A stretch of 64,000 nt of DNA from NCBI RefSeq assembly GCF_964204645.1, contig NC_134026.1, positions 2,751,950-2,815,949 of the forward strand, written 5' to 3'. Positions 30,201-43,411 of the stretch are shown piece after piece. The position numbers and the translations under genes are program-made. Source of the DNA: Tubulanus polymorphus. Its lineage: Eukaryota; Animalia; Nemertea. Each line of letters begins with the position of its first letter. The stretch's first letter is position 1. A model generated the notes under the pieces. It was not told where the DNA came from, did not search any database, and worked only from the letters and a program-made list of their open reading frames with translations.

Positions 30201-33158
30201 TCTGCCTTCACCGAATGTAACTTATTGATTCCTATACACTAAAAATTCATTAAAAAACTGACTGAAACTTCAAGCTGACATTTCCTCCTGACAGATGAGA
30301 CTTTTCATTTAAAACTGAAAGTTAGATTCATAATCAAATGCTACCAATATTGACCAAAAATAATTCCCATGTTTTGTTGTAGAATTCATGAAATTCCTCA
30401 TTAGACTTTTGAAAGCTACAGAAAATCTTTCAGTTTGTGATTACATAAATGATTGTTAACACCAGCAATACTTGTGACTATAAACAGACTAACAGCCTAT
30501 AATTTAGACTTTAATATTGGTATTATGAAATGAAATCTAAGCAGATATAGCATAGTAAATAATGGCCCAATTGAGAAAGTTTATAGTCACCTTTTGCAAT
30601 TGTAGTTATCAATGTTTGAAAGCTATAATTCAAGTCTCAGAATTGACAACTGAATGCGCAAATTATTCTTCACCGTAAAATTAAGTCTTTGATGTTGTTA
30701 CGTCAAGAAATATCATAATACCAAAATTGCACTGGACGACTACGAAGTATGACTTCATTATTGAACGAGAGTTGATTAATAAAGCATAATAAGACACCAG
30801 AAGAACTGGTGAAAGACTGGTGAATTACACATATATTCCATCGACACCTTTTACGAAAATAAATCAATTAATACCATGAAAACACATTTGTTTCGCTAAA
30901 CAAATAGGACAAGTCCTCGATCCGTAGTGAATAACTCTGTGTAAAAAACATCAATCGATCAAAAATTTCATAAAATGATTTAGATACAAGAAAAGACAAG
31001 TTTATTGAGGAATAATGATTTACGATGTGTATATTCAAAATGTACATGAAACGAAAAGAAATTTTTTTTGGGTCACTTTTTTGATGTGAAATACTGGTCT
31101 AATGATCTTAACAACTGAGCTTCGATGATAAAAGACTCATTTACAATTGCAGAAAAATCTACCTCGAGGCCATTCATTATTACAATATTATCTTTGATCG
31201 AGGGCAATAGAGTTATCAGGGAACTAGGGGGCATTCATTAATGAAAAGGTCTCTTTCTCCAAAGACTTTTATTTCGCTGGTTATGGATACGATATAGCTT
31301 TGCACTTCAATAACATTCTTTTTTAGTTAAACTCAACAAATGACAGTCAGCCACAAAAAAGAAAAGAAATTGTTATAGAAATTCAAACATTGAATATAAA
31401 GCCACGATCACACGAGCATTTTTAGCCCGTGCCAAATCAGGCCCAGAACAAGCTTTCACATGGGTGCCAAATGGGCCTGTGCTTGTTTAACCGCGGCCAA
31501 ATTTGGTCCAACCAAAAATGTTGGACCAGGCCTGAGCCAAACCCATAGGAAAGGGTACAGTACTTGAAGGAAATACAAATACCTGATTCAACTAATTGCG
31601 GTTGTCTTATATAATAGATACACGATTTGAAACTAACTGATTCAGAATTTGAATATACGTAGATCTTTCTAACCCCGGGAATCCAGGTCCATAGATCTCA
31701 CATAAAAATTGACTCTAGAGTGGAAACTTCCACAGAAAACGGTTAAACTTTGATAGACTGGGTATTGATGCTAGGATGATGGATATTCTGAAAATGGCCT
31801 ATTTACGCTTTCCATTGGTTATCAATAAAATCACTCTATAACTGGAATTTCTAATTTCTTTCGTTATGGCTTATGGACTTATGGAAACCAAAATGAACTT
31901 ATTCCACAAGGAAAGTGTCGAAGCGAGGATATCTAACATTCCTTTTCAATTTTATTGCCTTTCGGTTGTAAAACGAAAAACAATTTTCATGCGGGCAATA
32001 AACAGTTTTCATAATGAAACGCTGAGAAAATTACTGTAAATTATTTGTTAAAATGGCTTTCACAGTCACCTGTATCAATAAATGAATGAAAATAGAGTTC
32101 TGTGAAAATATTTGCCGACAAGTTGAATCTCTTTATTCATCAGAACATTTAAAACAGTGCAAGGAAATTACTATCGAAGTTATACTATTCAACCATCACG
32201 TGCTGTCTTTTGTTAAGACTAATGCGTTACATGCAACATGGCGAACGTAGGACATTAAACTAATGTTTCAATCAAAGTCGGCGATACTTCCACGACAAAA
32301 AATCAAGAATGTCTTTGAGCAAAAGTCGAGTGCAATAAGGTCGCCAAAAATATAATCCCATATGTAAATAAGAAAATGTTTTAAAGCCCTTTAGTATTAG
32401 AGGCGCCAAGCAATACAACTCACCAAAGCAAAGTTTGTGTTTTCTGTCAAGAAAAGATGCATGATCAGGACTAATTGTTTGTAGGCTTTATACTTTCTTT
32501 TAACCACTTACTTTATTTAGTTAAACTTATGCGTCTAACAAATACATCTAAATCCTTACAAAGCGCCAAAGGGCATTTCATTTAAGCAGAAACAACATTT
32601 TCAGCAAAAAGGCAGACAAATATACACTACAAAATTCGACGAGAACAAGGAAACTTTGAATTTTCATTTCTTAGATTGGTGGGTTGGTTCCTTCATGTTG
32701 GTGGGTTGGTTCCTTTATGAAACTCCTGAGTAGGCTACAGTCACCATTAAGCAGAAAAGCACATTTTGACTTGTTCATGACTCCAAGAGGCCAAGCTATT
32801 CCAGGCAGACGGCCATTTATTGTATCTAACAAATACTGAACAGATCTTGGTACTGGATTACAGCACAGATTTCCAACATCAATTTCTAATTAGCAACCAG
32901 TCATGTAAATCCCTGAATTTATTATTGAGATAAAATCTGCAACTAACCATGAATTGAAATAAACATTGCATGTTAACTGCCAATATTAATATCGATCTAC
33001 TACATTCGATATAGTACCAATCAATAAATCAATAAAACAATTTCCTGCGGCAAATCAAAAATATTATTCTATCATTTACTGATGATTGATAGGATTTTTG
33101 CAGTCTGAACAACGATGATAAAAACCACAACATTTTTCAAATTAAGAAAAAATGCTTA

Positions 33159-34285
33159 CTATGACAAAACACATAATTAGCTCCTTAGCCAGCTAGTTAA
33201 TTCCGGGGACCATGGATCTGTCACAAACTTTTGAGCATTTGATTTATTAACGTTTGCGTGTTTTAGACTCATGCTTAATTAAGGCTAGGCTAAAGTAGTA
33301 AAATTGAGTGAAAGTATGCTTTTCAAAATGCAGATTTTTTGTTCACCGTTTGACATTTGTAACAAACTATCAGTGATAAAAATAACATTAAAAACTTTGT
33401 ATAGAAAACTTAATAGGTTCGCTGATATCATTATGTGATCTGTCTGATACCTCTTCACAAGGCCCAGATCATCTTTGATTTACTATCATTGGAAATAATG
33501 TTTGGCAATTATTGTTTTAATAAGAAATTATAGGTGCTATAAAAACCAGTTTCAAGTTTAGGGGTGAATGAAAGTTTAAGGCCTCCATGTATAATTTTGA
33601 TGAATGAAGGCAGGCCATACATCTAAAAATAATCTAACAATGATTTTTCCATTTTTCCCTAGGCTAATTCTATAACTATAGGCCTCTTAGCCTATTCATT
33701 TTTGGCATGGTAAGCATTTAGAATTAGTCAAACCTGTCACGTTCGGATATTTTTACAAACTATTATTAACGTTTTTAAGCCATTCCAGGTTTAGGCTAAC
33801 TGCAAAAACATGAGCCCACAGTCACCAGAATGTTTTGGAAAGCAGGTTATTTGGCTCCATCAGGTTCTAGAGGTTTCACCGCTGTTAGTGTTGTTCCCAA
33901 ACAAACCTGTAACAACGACTGGCATTCAGACAAGGGCAGGCAAAGAAGTTTGGGTTGTTTGTGACGTTAATTAGTATTGTTAGTTGAATTTCATTGATTG
34001 CAATTAAAATGATAATGCTGTCATATTATTGTCGATCCTTGTTTGTTGATGACACTGACAGACAGAAATGTTGTTTGTTAGTTAGATCGTTGTTTTCATT
34101 CAGACTCAACTACTGACCAGCGACAGCTACCACCAAATTCATGATTTTCTTGCCAAACTCACCACCGTTTACGCGAGCGATATCCATCGTCCTGGTCCAG
34201 GGCTGCATGCTCCTACTTGATCTTGAATACTAATAGGGTGTAAAACCGCATGAACTGGCAGCCATTTGTAAACAATCTGAAGCCG
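33159..34285 (-). ncRNA. Candidate spliced non-coding transcript divergent from the SMG6 promoter
   Basis: AAATGGCTGCC YY1-like motif near 34260, strong donor GTG|GTGAGT at 34162, acceptor TACAG at 33907, another exon-like segment 33217-33159 (ACAG...GTAAGC); longest spliced ORF only ~30 aa. Confidence 0.35.
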
Positions 34286-34755
34286 TCTCTAGAGAAACTC
34301 GCCGCCGGACACTCGAAACGAAAATCATAATCCAAATACGCATTGTATTGTTACCTGATCGTTGTACAATTCGTTGCACACGTCTGAGGCCTCGAGTTTT
34401 TGAATCGTAAATTACACGAAAATCAGTGCATATTACGTGAAGGCTACGTACAAATCAGCACAAATCTACTTAATAGTTTTATTTTCTGGATGTTTATAAC
34501 ATTTTCGTAATGTCAGTGGTAAGTAAATTTGTTTAATTTCACTTGTTAAGAATTTGTATACATTTATAACACTCGACTCAGACAATCAATCAGTCAGGAA
34601 TCTCGGTCTCAGTCTCAGACTCCTCGTCGTCAGTCAGTCAGTCACACCACCGCACACCACACACACAGGTTTACCAGGTCAATTCAATTCAATTTTCCTT
34701 TTTTTTCTCCTACTTGATTATTTTTTTTGCAGTTGTTTTAAAGAATGATGAAAAT

Positions 34756-37700
34756 ATGGATCAAGAAATTGAAGTATTTCAGGTATCTTTTAATCAGTTG
34801 ATTGATTTAAGTGATGGTGGAACTGGTAGGTCGAGTACTAATAATAACTCACCACAAGTGCAGATATCATCATCTTCAGGTAGGTACTATTTATAGCGCC
34901 ACACTATGCAAAGGTGACCCTAACTAGAGACCTTCTTCCGTAGAATTTTCTGATTCTCAAATGGATTTTTAATATGAATTTTTATATATTTCAAGATGTA
35001 AAAAAAAAGAAAAAGCGACCTGATCGTCAGTTATATTTACCAGCTCATCGTCGACGGGGCGGGGAATCTAACGAGCAGAAAGAAACCATTGAAAACGATT
35101 CTCCATCTCAACCATCGGAACAGGACGAACCGAAAAAACTGCCGAAACGTAAACCGGATTTAAAGATCTACGTCCCGAAACCTCGTCTGGATAACATACG
35201 AAAAAAGTCCGAAGACGATCAACAAGAAGATGAGGAAGCCATCGAAAACGCGACTGGTTCCAGTTCGCCGCGTAAAGTACACGTTCAAGATCCGTCTAAA
35301 ATGACGGTGACTCTGGTCAACGAAAAAGCCGACGTCAATGCGGTGGTGAATAAACCGAAAAATAGCGGCCCGAAAAGCCCGAGCAGTCGCGGTGGTAAAC
35401 GGTTTTATAACCGATCAAAAAGTGATAGCATCTCGTCAGCGCTTAATAATAGTAGTTCATCAATAGAAGCGGACATTTGCCTACAAGAGTCGCAGAAAGA
35501 TCGGAAACAACAAAAGTCACCCGCACAGCGTAACAAGCCTATAGTAAATGCGAAAAGTGCGGATGATTCATCAGAGTTTAGTTTCGACGGATCGAAAACC
35601 TTGATATTCGAAAGATCATCGAAATCCTCGGCAAAGTCTGACGATTTCGTCGATCATAATAAACCGGAAAAATCATCGGAACGTCGAAATCAACATCGCT
35701 ACAGCGAACAATCTCGCAGTAATCAAACAAACAAGAAAAATCAGCAAACTTCGCACGAGTTTCACGATGACGCGACTGATCGGAATGTAGGGTACGAGCC
35801 ACGCTCGAGCGGTGGTCATAGAAAGAATGAATGCGGGGGTAAAACGAGGCATAATCAGAGAAACGAACAGTTCGACAACGCGACGCGTAAACAGGGAGCG
35901 AGAATACCGAAATCTCATTCGTCGGACAGTTGGTCGGAAGACGCTAAATCGATTGTCACTTCTCCCGGTGAACGACACGTGAAATTCAATTTGAATGAAA
36001 ATGATACGACGGCGGAACAATCGAGTAAAGCTCGCGGCGGAGGAATTATCGTACTTCCTAAAGAGACGGTCGGATCGGCGAGCGACGTACCGATGGCGTC
36101 GGCGTATAGCAATCGGGGGCGTGGTCGAGGTCGCGGACGTATCCGTCGCGCGAGCGGAAATCGAACGCTGTACGATCCGCACAATCCGCATCAACCGACG
36201 AACTCTCATCCGGTCGATCCGTCTGCCGTCGGAAATAAAGAGTTACAGTTTTATGATCCGAACGAATGTGAGTTTCAGCAGACGAACTCAGCTGCCGCGT
36301 ACGATGTGTATTCGATGGATGTACAACAGAACCCTCGCGTCGCCTCTGAACATCCTCAATATCATATACCTTACTTCGCAGCCGATCCTCACACCTGGGA
36401 AACATTTTATTATCAGTGAGTACAGTAGTTGTTTCCAATATCTTTTTAAACATATATATTTAATTTTTTGATCATTTATATAGAAAAAAAATGCTGGGAA
36501 CTCGTATTTGGATTCAGGAAAAAAGTGATTTTTACAGATCCTGTAGAATTAGAGTTTATTGTTCTTACAGTATTTAGACATTCCTTTAATATTATATGGA
36601 TAGACTATGATAAGGTTTGGATTTGGGTTCAGAAAATGGGAAATATCTTCAATTCATTAAAAACGATGTTAGTAGAGTTTAGTGCGTTTTATTCAAAATT
36701 GTATCTATTTGATTTATTCAGGCATGAAGTAGAAATGCACGCGGGTCCTTCTACACAATCTCGTCAGATGAGCACGAAAGCTGCTGAGCAACTTCTTCGC
36801 GAAGTTATAAACCTAGACCGCGAAATTTCAGCGATCGTATCTCGTAGAATACCAAACATGGAATGCCTCCAACATCTCAATCATATCAGGTACGTATTGA
36901 TCCAAAAGCTCCGATTTAGGGAATGAGGCGAGAAATCAACAGATTTTCATTGCTGCGTTTTTTGTAGATCTGATCTCGTCAAGAAATGTGATGAGCTTGT
37001 ATGCTCGTACCCTGACTATTCAAACAAGCACAACGTCGAACATATTCTATGGAAGGCGGCGTTCTATCACGTGATTGAAATGTACAGGAAACTGCAGTAC
37101 GACGAACAAGATGATGAAACCAGGGCCCAATTACTTGTTGTTATCGATCAGGTATGTGCATCATTATCCCTCCAGTAGTGTAAATGATCCATGTGTGTGC
37201 ATACATTGTCAATTACTTTGTTATGTTTTAAAAGTCGTTTTCTCCATGTGTACCGTGGAAATGGTTGGAGTGTAAATAGATAATTTGTAATTCGCGTATA
37301 TCGATAAAGAAATCCTTGATGTTCTATGGTCATGTATCTTCTTCTTTCAGGGAGTAAAGTTTTACGAAAATCTGCTGAAGAAGTTACAAATGGTGTTTAA
37401 ATTCAACTTGGATGATTTTCTCGATACGAATCGCCTGATGTCAGACAGCGTTAGTCGTACGGTGAAACTGGCGTTACTCAGCTGTCAAAGAGTGATGATC
37501 TGTTTAGGTGACATCGCGCGATACAGGGAACAGTCTAATGACACATGCAACTACGGTAAAGCCAGAAGGTGAGCGATAACTTCCATATAGAATATCTACT
37601 TGTAAGCATATCTTTATTTACTGAATGATATTCATTTCATTATTTAAAGTTGGTATCTCAAAGCGCAGCAAGTAGCTCCTAAAAACGGCAAACCTTACAA

Positions 37701-40700
37701 TCAACTGGCAATATTGGCTGTCTACACGGTAAGATCATACATTTATTTTTACTCTCATTTTTGACATCGACATAAGTGCAGTACTTAAAAAACGATTTCT
37801 TTTCTCTTGTTGAAATAGAGAAGAAAGTTAGATGCAGTGTATTATTATATACGAAGTCTGTCTGCTAGTAATCCATTTCTGTCGGCAAGAGAGGGTCTAA
37901 TGTCTCTGTTTGATGAAGCGAGAAAAAAGGTATTGTAGTTTTTGAAATTATTTTCAATCGCTGGTATGAATGTCTAAGTACCTTCGTTAAGATCGCTGTT
38001 CTGTTTTAGGCTGAGGCGAAGGGTAAAAAGACGAGCGCGTCTGAAACTGGGGTGGAAGAATTAAATGTCATCGATAAACATCGGACTGAAATCTGGATCG
38101 GGGCGAATCCCGTCGAAAATACTAAAGATGACGATGTGGAATTGAATAGCCTTATACCAGTGGAACTTAATAAGAAATTTGTGCTCAGCTTTTTACATAT
38201 TCATGGAAAATTATTCACTAAGATTGGGTACGTTGAAATCCTTAATCATTCAATCGTATACAGATATGATGTTAATAATTCGGTGATATTTTTATGTTTA
38301 GGATGGAAACCTTTACAGATACGTGCGGTGGAATGTTAGAGGAACTCAGATTGTTACTACAACATTCTCCGTGTCCTGTTGGTAATACGCGTCTGCTACA
38401 GTTGATGGTCATCAATATGTTCATGATCGAAAATACAGCGTTACGAGGTACAGATTAAGTCCTGTTCTGTCCTGATGAGATAAAACTACGCCTAATTCAA
38501 TTACCACTTATTGAGAAAAAGTGTCTTGCACAGTTGACTCCACCTTGTTCAATAATATGGGTTGATAGAATTCTAATGGGTTAATATCTAATTACCGAGT
38601 TATCTACAAAGGATTTCATCCATATCGAATGGAAATTTCTAATCAGTACCATTACCTTGCTACCGTATTCATAATATTTGTCAATGTTCTGTGTTTTAGA
38701 TTCTCGAATGGAAACGGATTTTCGTTCGGTTTTACAAGAACAAGCATTACAGGTCGGGTTATATATGTTCAGTCTTCTAGTCGAGAGATGTGTTCAGTTG
38801 TTTAAAGTTCACCTATCGTCTCCTGATTACCCGCGTTACATGATGAGCGACGAGCTTCATAATCTATTCCCGTCGATTAAAATCTGGTGCGATTGGATGT
38901 TGTGCCATCACGCGATATGGAACCCGCCGATGAAAGACGGTAACGTGATGTAAGTCGGTATCGTAATATTATTCATTATTTCGACATTATAGAATCTATT
39001 ATAAATCTTGTTTTCTTTGATTCGATATGATTTTCAGGCCTGGAGTTAATGTCTGGATGAATGTATCCGATCTTTGTAACGTTCTAAAAGATATCGATAT
39101 TTCGCACGTAAAATTCTACACAACAAGAAAGGAAGGTATGTATAAAGTTATACGTAAACGTACAGATGATTCGGTGCGGTAGTTCTGTGATGGTGTTATA
39201 ATCATCTTGTATATATCCATTAGGATGTGACGCGGTCGTGCTTCCTGAAGATGTAATGATGGCCGGTTTTGTGCCTTTGCTCAGTGCTCCCCAAGATACA
39301 GCATACGTGCATGCCACAGTTGATAAGGTAAATTAATCCTTAGTTCTTTTTTAAGTTATTTACTTCATTTATCTTGTCGAAACATTTCTAAGTATATTTG
39401 GTGTTTCATAACTGTTATTGTAGGATATAGCTAAAGATTGTTTTCGAATCGAGCGCTTGCAGTTGTTTGCTGATTATCTGTGCGGTATTGAACCTCCCGT
39501 TCTCACGTATAATGTGAAGTTTAAGCAGTACGAACCGGCCGTCGATGTGTTCGATACGGATTCAGAATCGGACGCATCATTTAGCAGCGGTACTACACAG
39601 TCTGAGGTAAGCAAATAGTGCGCTGTTCAGATTTAAAGTCGTTATTGAGTGAAATAATTGTGAACTAAAGAAGAACAAGCGATCGGTAGTCGTAAGTTTT
39701 GTCTTAACGGTATCCCTGAGCTCATCTTTGATAAACGGGGAAGTAGTGCGTATCTGGTAAAAACTGTATCATTTCATTTCACCGTTTCTTGTGTTTACAG
39801 GATGAAGATGACGTAATCGTTGAGGAAAATGATGAAGATGCGACGAGTACTAGCCACAGTCATGTCGGAGACCTTCGCGCGAAGAAAGCTGAATTAGTGA
39901 AAAAAGTTCAGGAAAAAGAGAAATATCGCGAAAACGTCCAGGTAAGCAAGATTGGTCGATATATCGAGAAAAAACTGATTAATTTCAATTCAATAAATTT
40001 ATTTGTACTAAAACACTATATTTCAGTCGGTGCTCGATAGTGCAAACCGTCCGATGGTGCTTAGAATTATACCAGTATTTCTAGTACCGGATACAAATGG
40101 ATTCATCAGCTATTTGGCGGATATTAAGAAACTAGTCGACTGTGGAAAATATACTATCATAGTCCCGTTAGTTGGTAAGTTTGAAGACTGTATCTTTTAT
40201 CGTCTAATCTGAATAGTTGATCAGTTCTGCTGTCAATGAGTGGTTTTATTTACCAGTGATAAATGAATTGGACGGCCTAGCCCTCGGTGCTCAGAATGAT
40301 AAGTACAGCAATGCCGAACATGCAGCTCAAGTGCGGAAAGGCGCCAAGGCGGCGGTGTCTTATCTGCAGACGGAATTTCAAACGAGGAACTCCCGAATTA
40401 AAGCTATGACTGCGAAGGGTAATTTACTGGACACGATCGCGTTCAGAAGCGAAGAAAACAACGGAATCGTAAGTCGCCGTTTATCAACTGTTTCTATTCG
40501 TTGAAAAAGACAAAATTGTTCATTGCATCGTTTATTTACAGGGAAATAATGACGATGTTATATTGTCATGTTGCATACATTATTGTCAAGATAAAGCACG
40601 GGATTACATGCCTCGTGATAAAGGTTAGTTCTATTACAAAATAAATTTACTTGCATAATCAGAAAATAGAACATTCAAATTGTATTAACTTCAAATGGGG

Positions 40701-41216
40701 GTAGGGGGTTAGAGGAAAATGTTAGTACTTTTCTCATATGAGAGTCTCTCAACGTTCTTAGTGGATGAGACATAGCCAATGACGCTACATACCTAACGCC
40801 TACTGCTCGAAATTAATATCCTTACATCAGTGAAAGTAATGAGCATAGGTCACATCTTATAGATCATTTGTTTCAGTGTGATCCAATGTTATAACGGGTA
40901 ATGTGATAGGGGGGGGGATGCCAAGATGTACATTTGGGTGGGAGGTTGATGAAATAAATTCTAAGATTGTATAAGGGAAGGAGTGACAAAAAATGACAAA
41001 ATTAGCTGTTCGTGCTACTTGAACTTTCCGAAAACAAAAATTCTGATGAATATTGTTCATATACTGCTGTTTGTGTTTTTTATAGACACGCCGATAACGC
41101 TGCATCGCGAAGTCGTGCTTTTAACCGCTGATCGTAATCTACGAGTGAAAGCTCATGCGAGGAACGTACCGACTAAAGACATCCCGTCATTTCTCTCATG
41201 GGCAAATATTCACTGA
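34756..41216 (+). CDS. SMG6: SMG6/EST1A NMD endonuclease (EJC-binding motifs, 14-3-3-like/EST1 domain, PIN domain)
   Basis: About 18 coding exons (34756-34879, 34996-36415, 36722-36889 ... 40542-40623, 41085-41216). EBM-like KRPDRQLYLP and RKPDLKIYVP; LWKAAFY; LGDIARYREQ; PKNGKPYNQLA; YYYIRSL; PIN motifs LVPDTN, NELDGL, NNDD, LLTADRNLRVKA. Start codon inferred. Confidence 0.95.
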
Positions 41217-42200
41217 ATGCACAAATTATTGAGAGCGTTTTATATGGTTTTATCCTCAGTGCGAATATACGCTATGTGGTTTCTAAGAAACTAGAATTGG
41301 TTATCTGAAATATTTATTTCAACGCTTTTAGTTTTTATGTACAGGGCTGCTATGTCACGAGTATAAAAGTGCTGATAAATTAGTTGTACGTTTTTATGCT
41401 GCAAATAGTTCACGAATGAATCCAGAAAATGTCGACCAGTCTCATGAAAAAAAAAAAACTTGTTTTAAAAAGACTAGCTTTGTGTTCCGCTTAAACTGCC
41501 AAGTTTTACTAGTTATGATTAATGTACATAAACCATCTACGTGTGTACACATTTAATATGTTATGATGAATTAATTTATTAAGAGATGAGATCACCCGGA
41601 CTGCTGACATCGTTACATCTTGAAGAAGCCATGTACGTGTGATGAACTCAGGATTTTTACACTTCCCGGGTTGAAAAGCCTGGGTGAGTTGCGTGTATAT
41701 GATAGCTGCAGTAACAGTAAATGTGTATTATATTCTATAGCCCGATCTATATCTATATTTATACTTATTAACTTGCAATGTACGGTACATGATTCAGTTA
41801 CCCTAATTTTCTGGGGGAAGATGCATTGTTTTATATCGTATGAAAAAAATTAGTATGGTGGTGAGAATGGTAGCTTTAGGTTTTAAGATTATGAACGCGA
41901 CTCACTTCGATATTTCCTCGATATCTTTATGAAGATTTTATTCAACTTCAGCTTCTGATAAAAGGATTACAAATAATTGGATTTAAGAAAAAGTATTTCC
42001 ATAACGCGATATTAATGATTTACTGAACATCTTGTGATTGAAGTGGGTGTTTGTTTTAACAGCGCTTTAAGTTAAAGATTCAAACGCTTTACATTAAACC
42101 TCATTGTAAATATTATCATATCATCCGGGTCTGCATTTGATACAATAAAATAATGTGTGATGAAAATATTTCAATAGTTTTTACATATTCGTAGGTTGTT

Positions 42201-43122
42201 TTAGGTTAACATCTTGCGAAAAGTCATGTTTATTCGCGGACATAGAGCTTTTTTGCGAATGGGTAGAGAATGATACCAGTGTACATTGGTCGGGTGATTC
42301 ATTAGTAGAAGACTTCCGTGTTCGAGTTCTATTTTAACTGGATCAATTTTCCTCGACAGATTTTTGCCTCTCGAATCGCAGTGTTTAAACACAAAGTCTC
42401 TATGCTGTCCAAGTGACAGCGATGCTATAGGACTTTTCGGATCAAGTTCTTTTTCATCATCTCTGTGTTCACCCATGTGATCATTTCCATCTTTATATCT
42501 AAAGAAGAATTTGAGTGTATAGATTAGCAACCGAAATAATCATTTCACAGGACGACTAGGACTTAATGGATATTTTACCGAGAATCACCTGTTTATAAGA
42601 ACGAAATTGAAATGATGTCCAGTGACTAAAGAGATTTTTTCTCGAATTCTATCCACGAGTTTTGTCCAAGGCTTAGCGGGAACTGTAGTTCCAGAAAATG
42701 TATACCGCAATCCTGATTCACCATATGCCACCTGGATAGAAAGACTTCGTTCGTGTACATTGGATAAATGTAAATGTGCATGATGTAGGCCTACACTATG
42801 TACTTTATACCTGTTTTCTCGGAATATTGTGCCATTTTCCATAAACTTTTACTTGTGTAAGATCACCAGTGTAATATTCTATTTCATCTTCACATTTTTG
42901 AAATAATTCATCGGCTTCTTGTTTGGAAAACAGAATACAGTAATCGCAATTCAAATTGTCATTATTTTGAATATGTTTCCAACTGATTTCGTTATTTTCA
43001 TTCCTTCTTCTCGTTGATGTTTTGCTTTGATCCATTTTATCATTGACCAATTTTGAAGGTTTTTTACCTCCAGTAACATCAGACCCTTCATGCTTCCTCT
43101 TGCGGATGATGAATTTGTCCAT
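42201..43122 (-). CDS. ALKBH2: DNA oxidative demethylase, AlkB homolog 2
   Basis: Three coding exons (~43122-42811, 42732-42589, 42498-42201): VYGKWHNIPRKQ, YTFSG, FNFVLINRYKDG, HRDDE iron motif, HSLP, RINMTFR; N-terminal MDKFIIR matches APIM. Confidence 0.96.
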
Positions 43123-43411
43123 TTCACTCCGTGCAATCTGCGTAAAAAAATGTTTCATTTAATAAGACCAAATTAAACTAACTGGATTAAAAGATTATTG
43201 TTTTTATAGTACCCTCAACTCTCATACACGCCCCTATAGAGTATACTTAGCAAAGCCTTGATTCTATATGTAGTCAACCCTTATGCCTTACCCTTAAAAT
43301 TCTACATGTATCATAAATACAATCATTGTAAGTGTCACAAGAACCAGCCCCTGGCAAGTGATTACAATTCGGTTTCGAAAACACTGACAGCCGCTCAAGG
43401 ACGAGGACAAA

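Noticed and set aside
33370-33432. Possible minus-strand C/D snoRNA with partial 18S complementarity (TGTTATTTTT)
   Set aside because: Degenerate C box, guide not adjacent to the D box, low-complexity AT-rich match.
35578-36471. Overlapping alternative-frame and antisense ORFs in the large SMG6 exon
   Set aside because: Explained by higher GC content of the exon; no recognisable protein.
41118-41140. SMG6 PIN motif LTADRN instead of human LTDDRN as a possible dead nuclease
   Set aside because: The conserved Asp of the T-x-D motif is retained along with DTN and NNDD.
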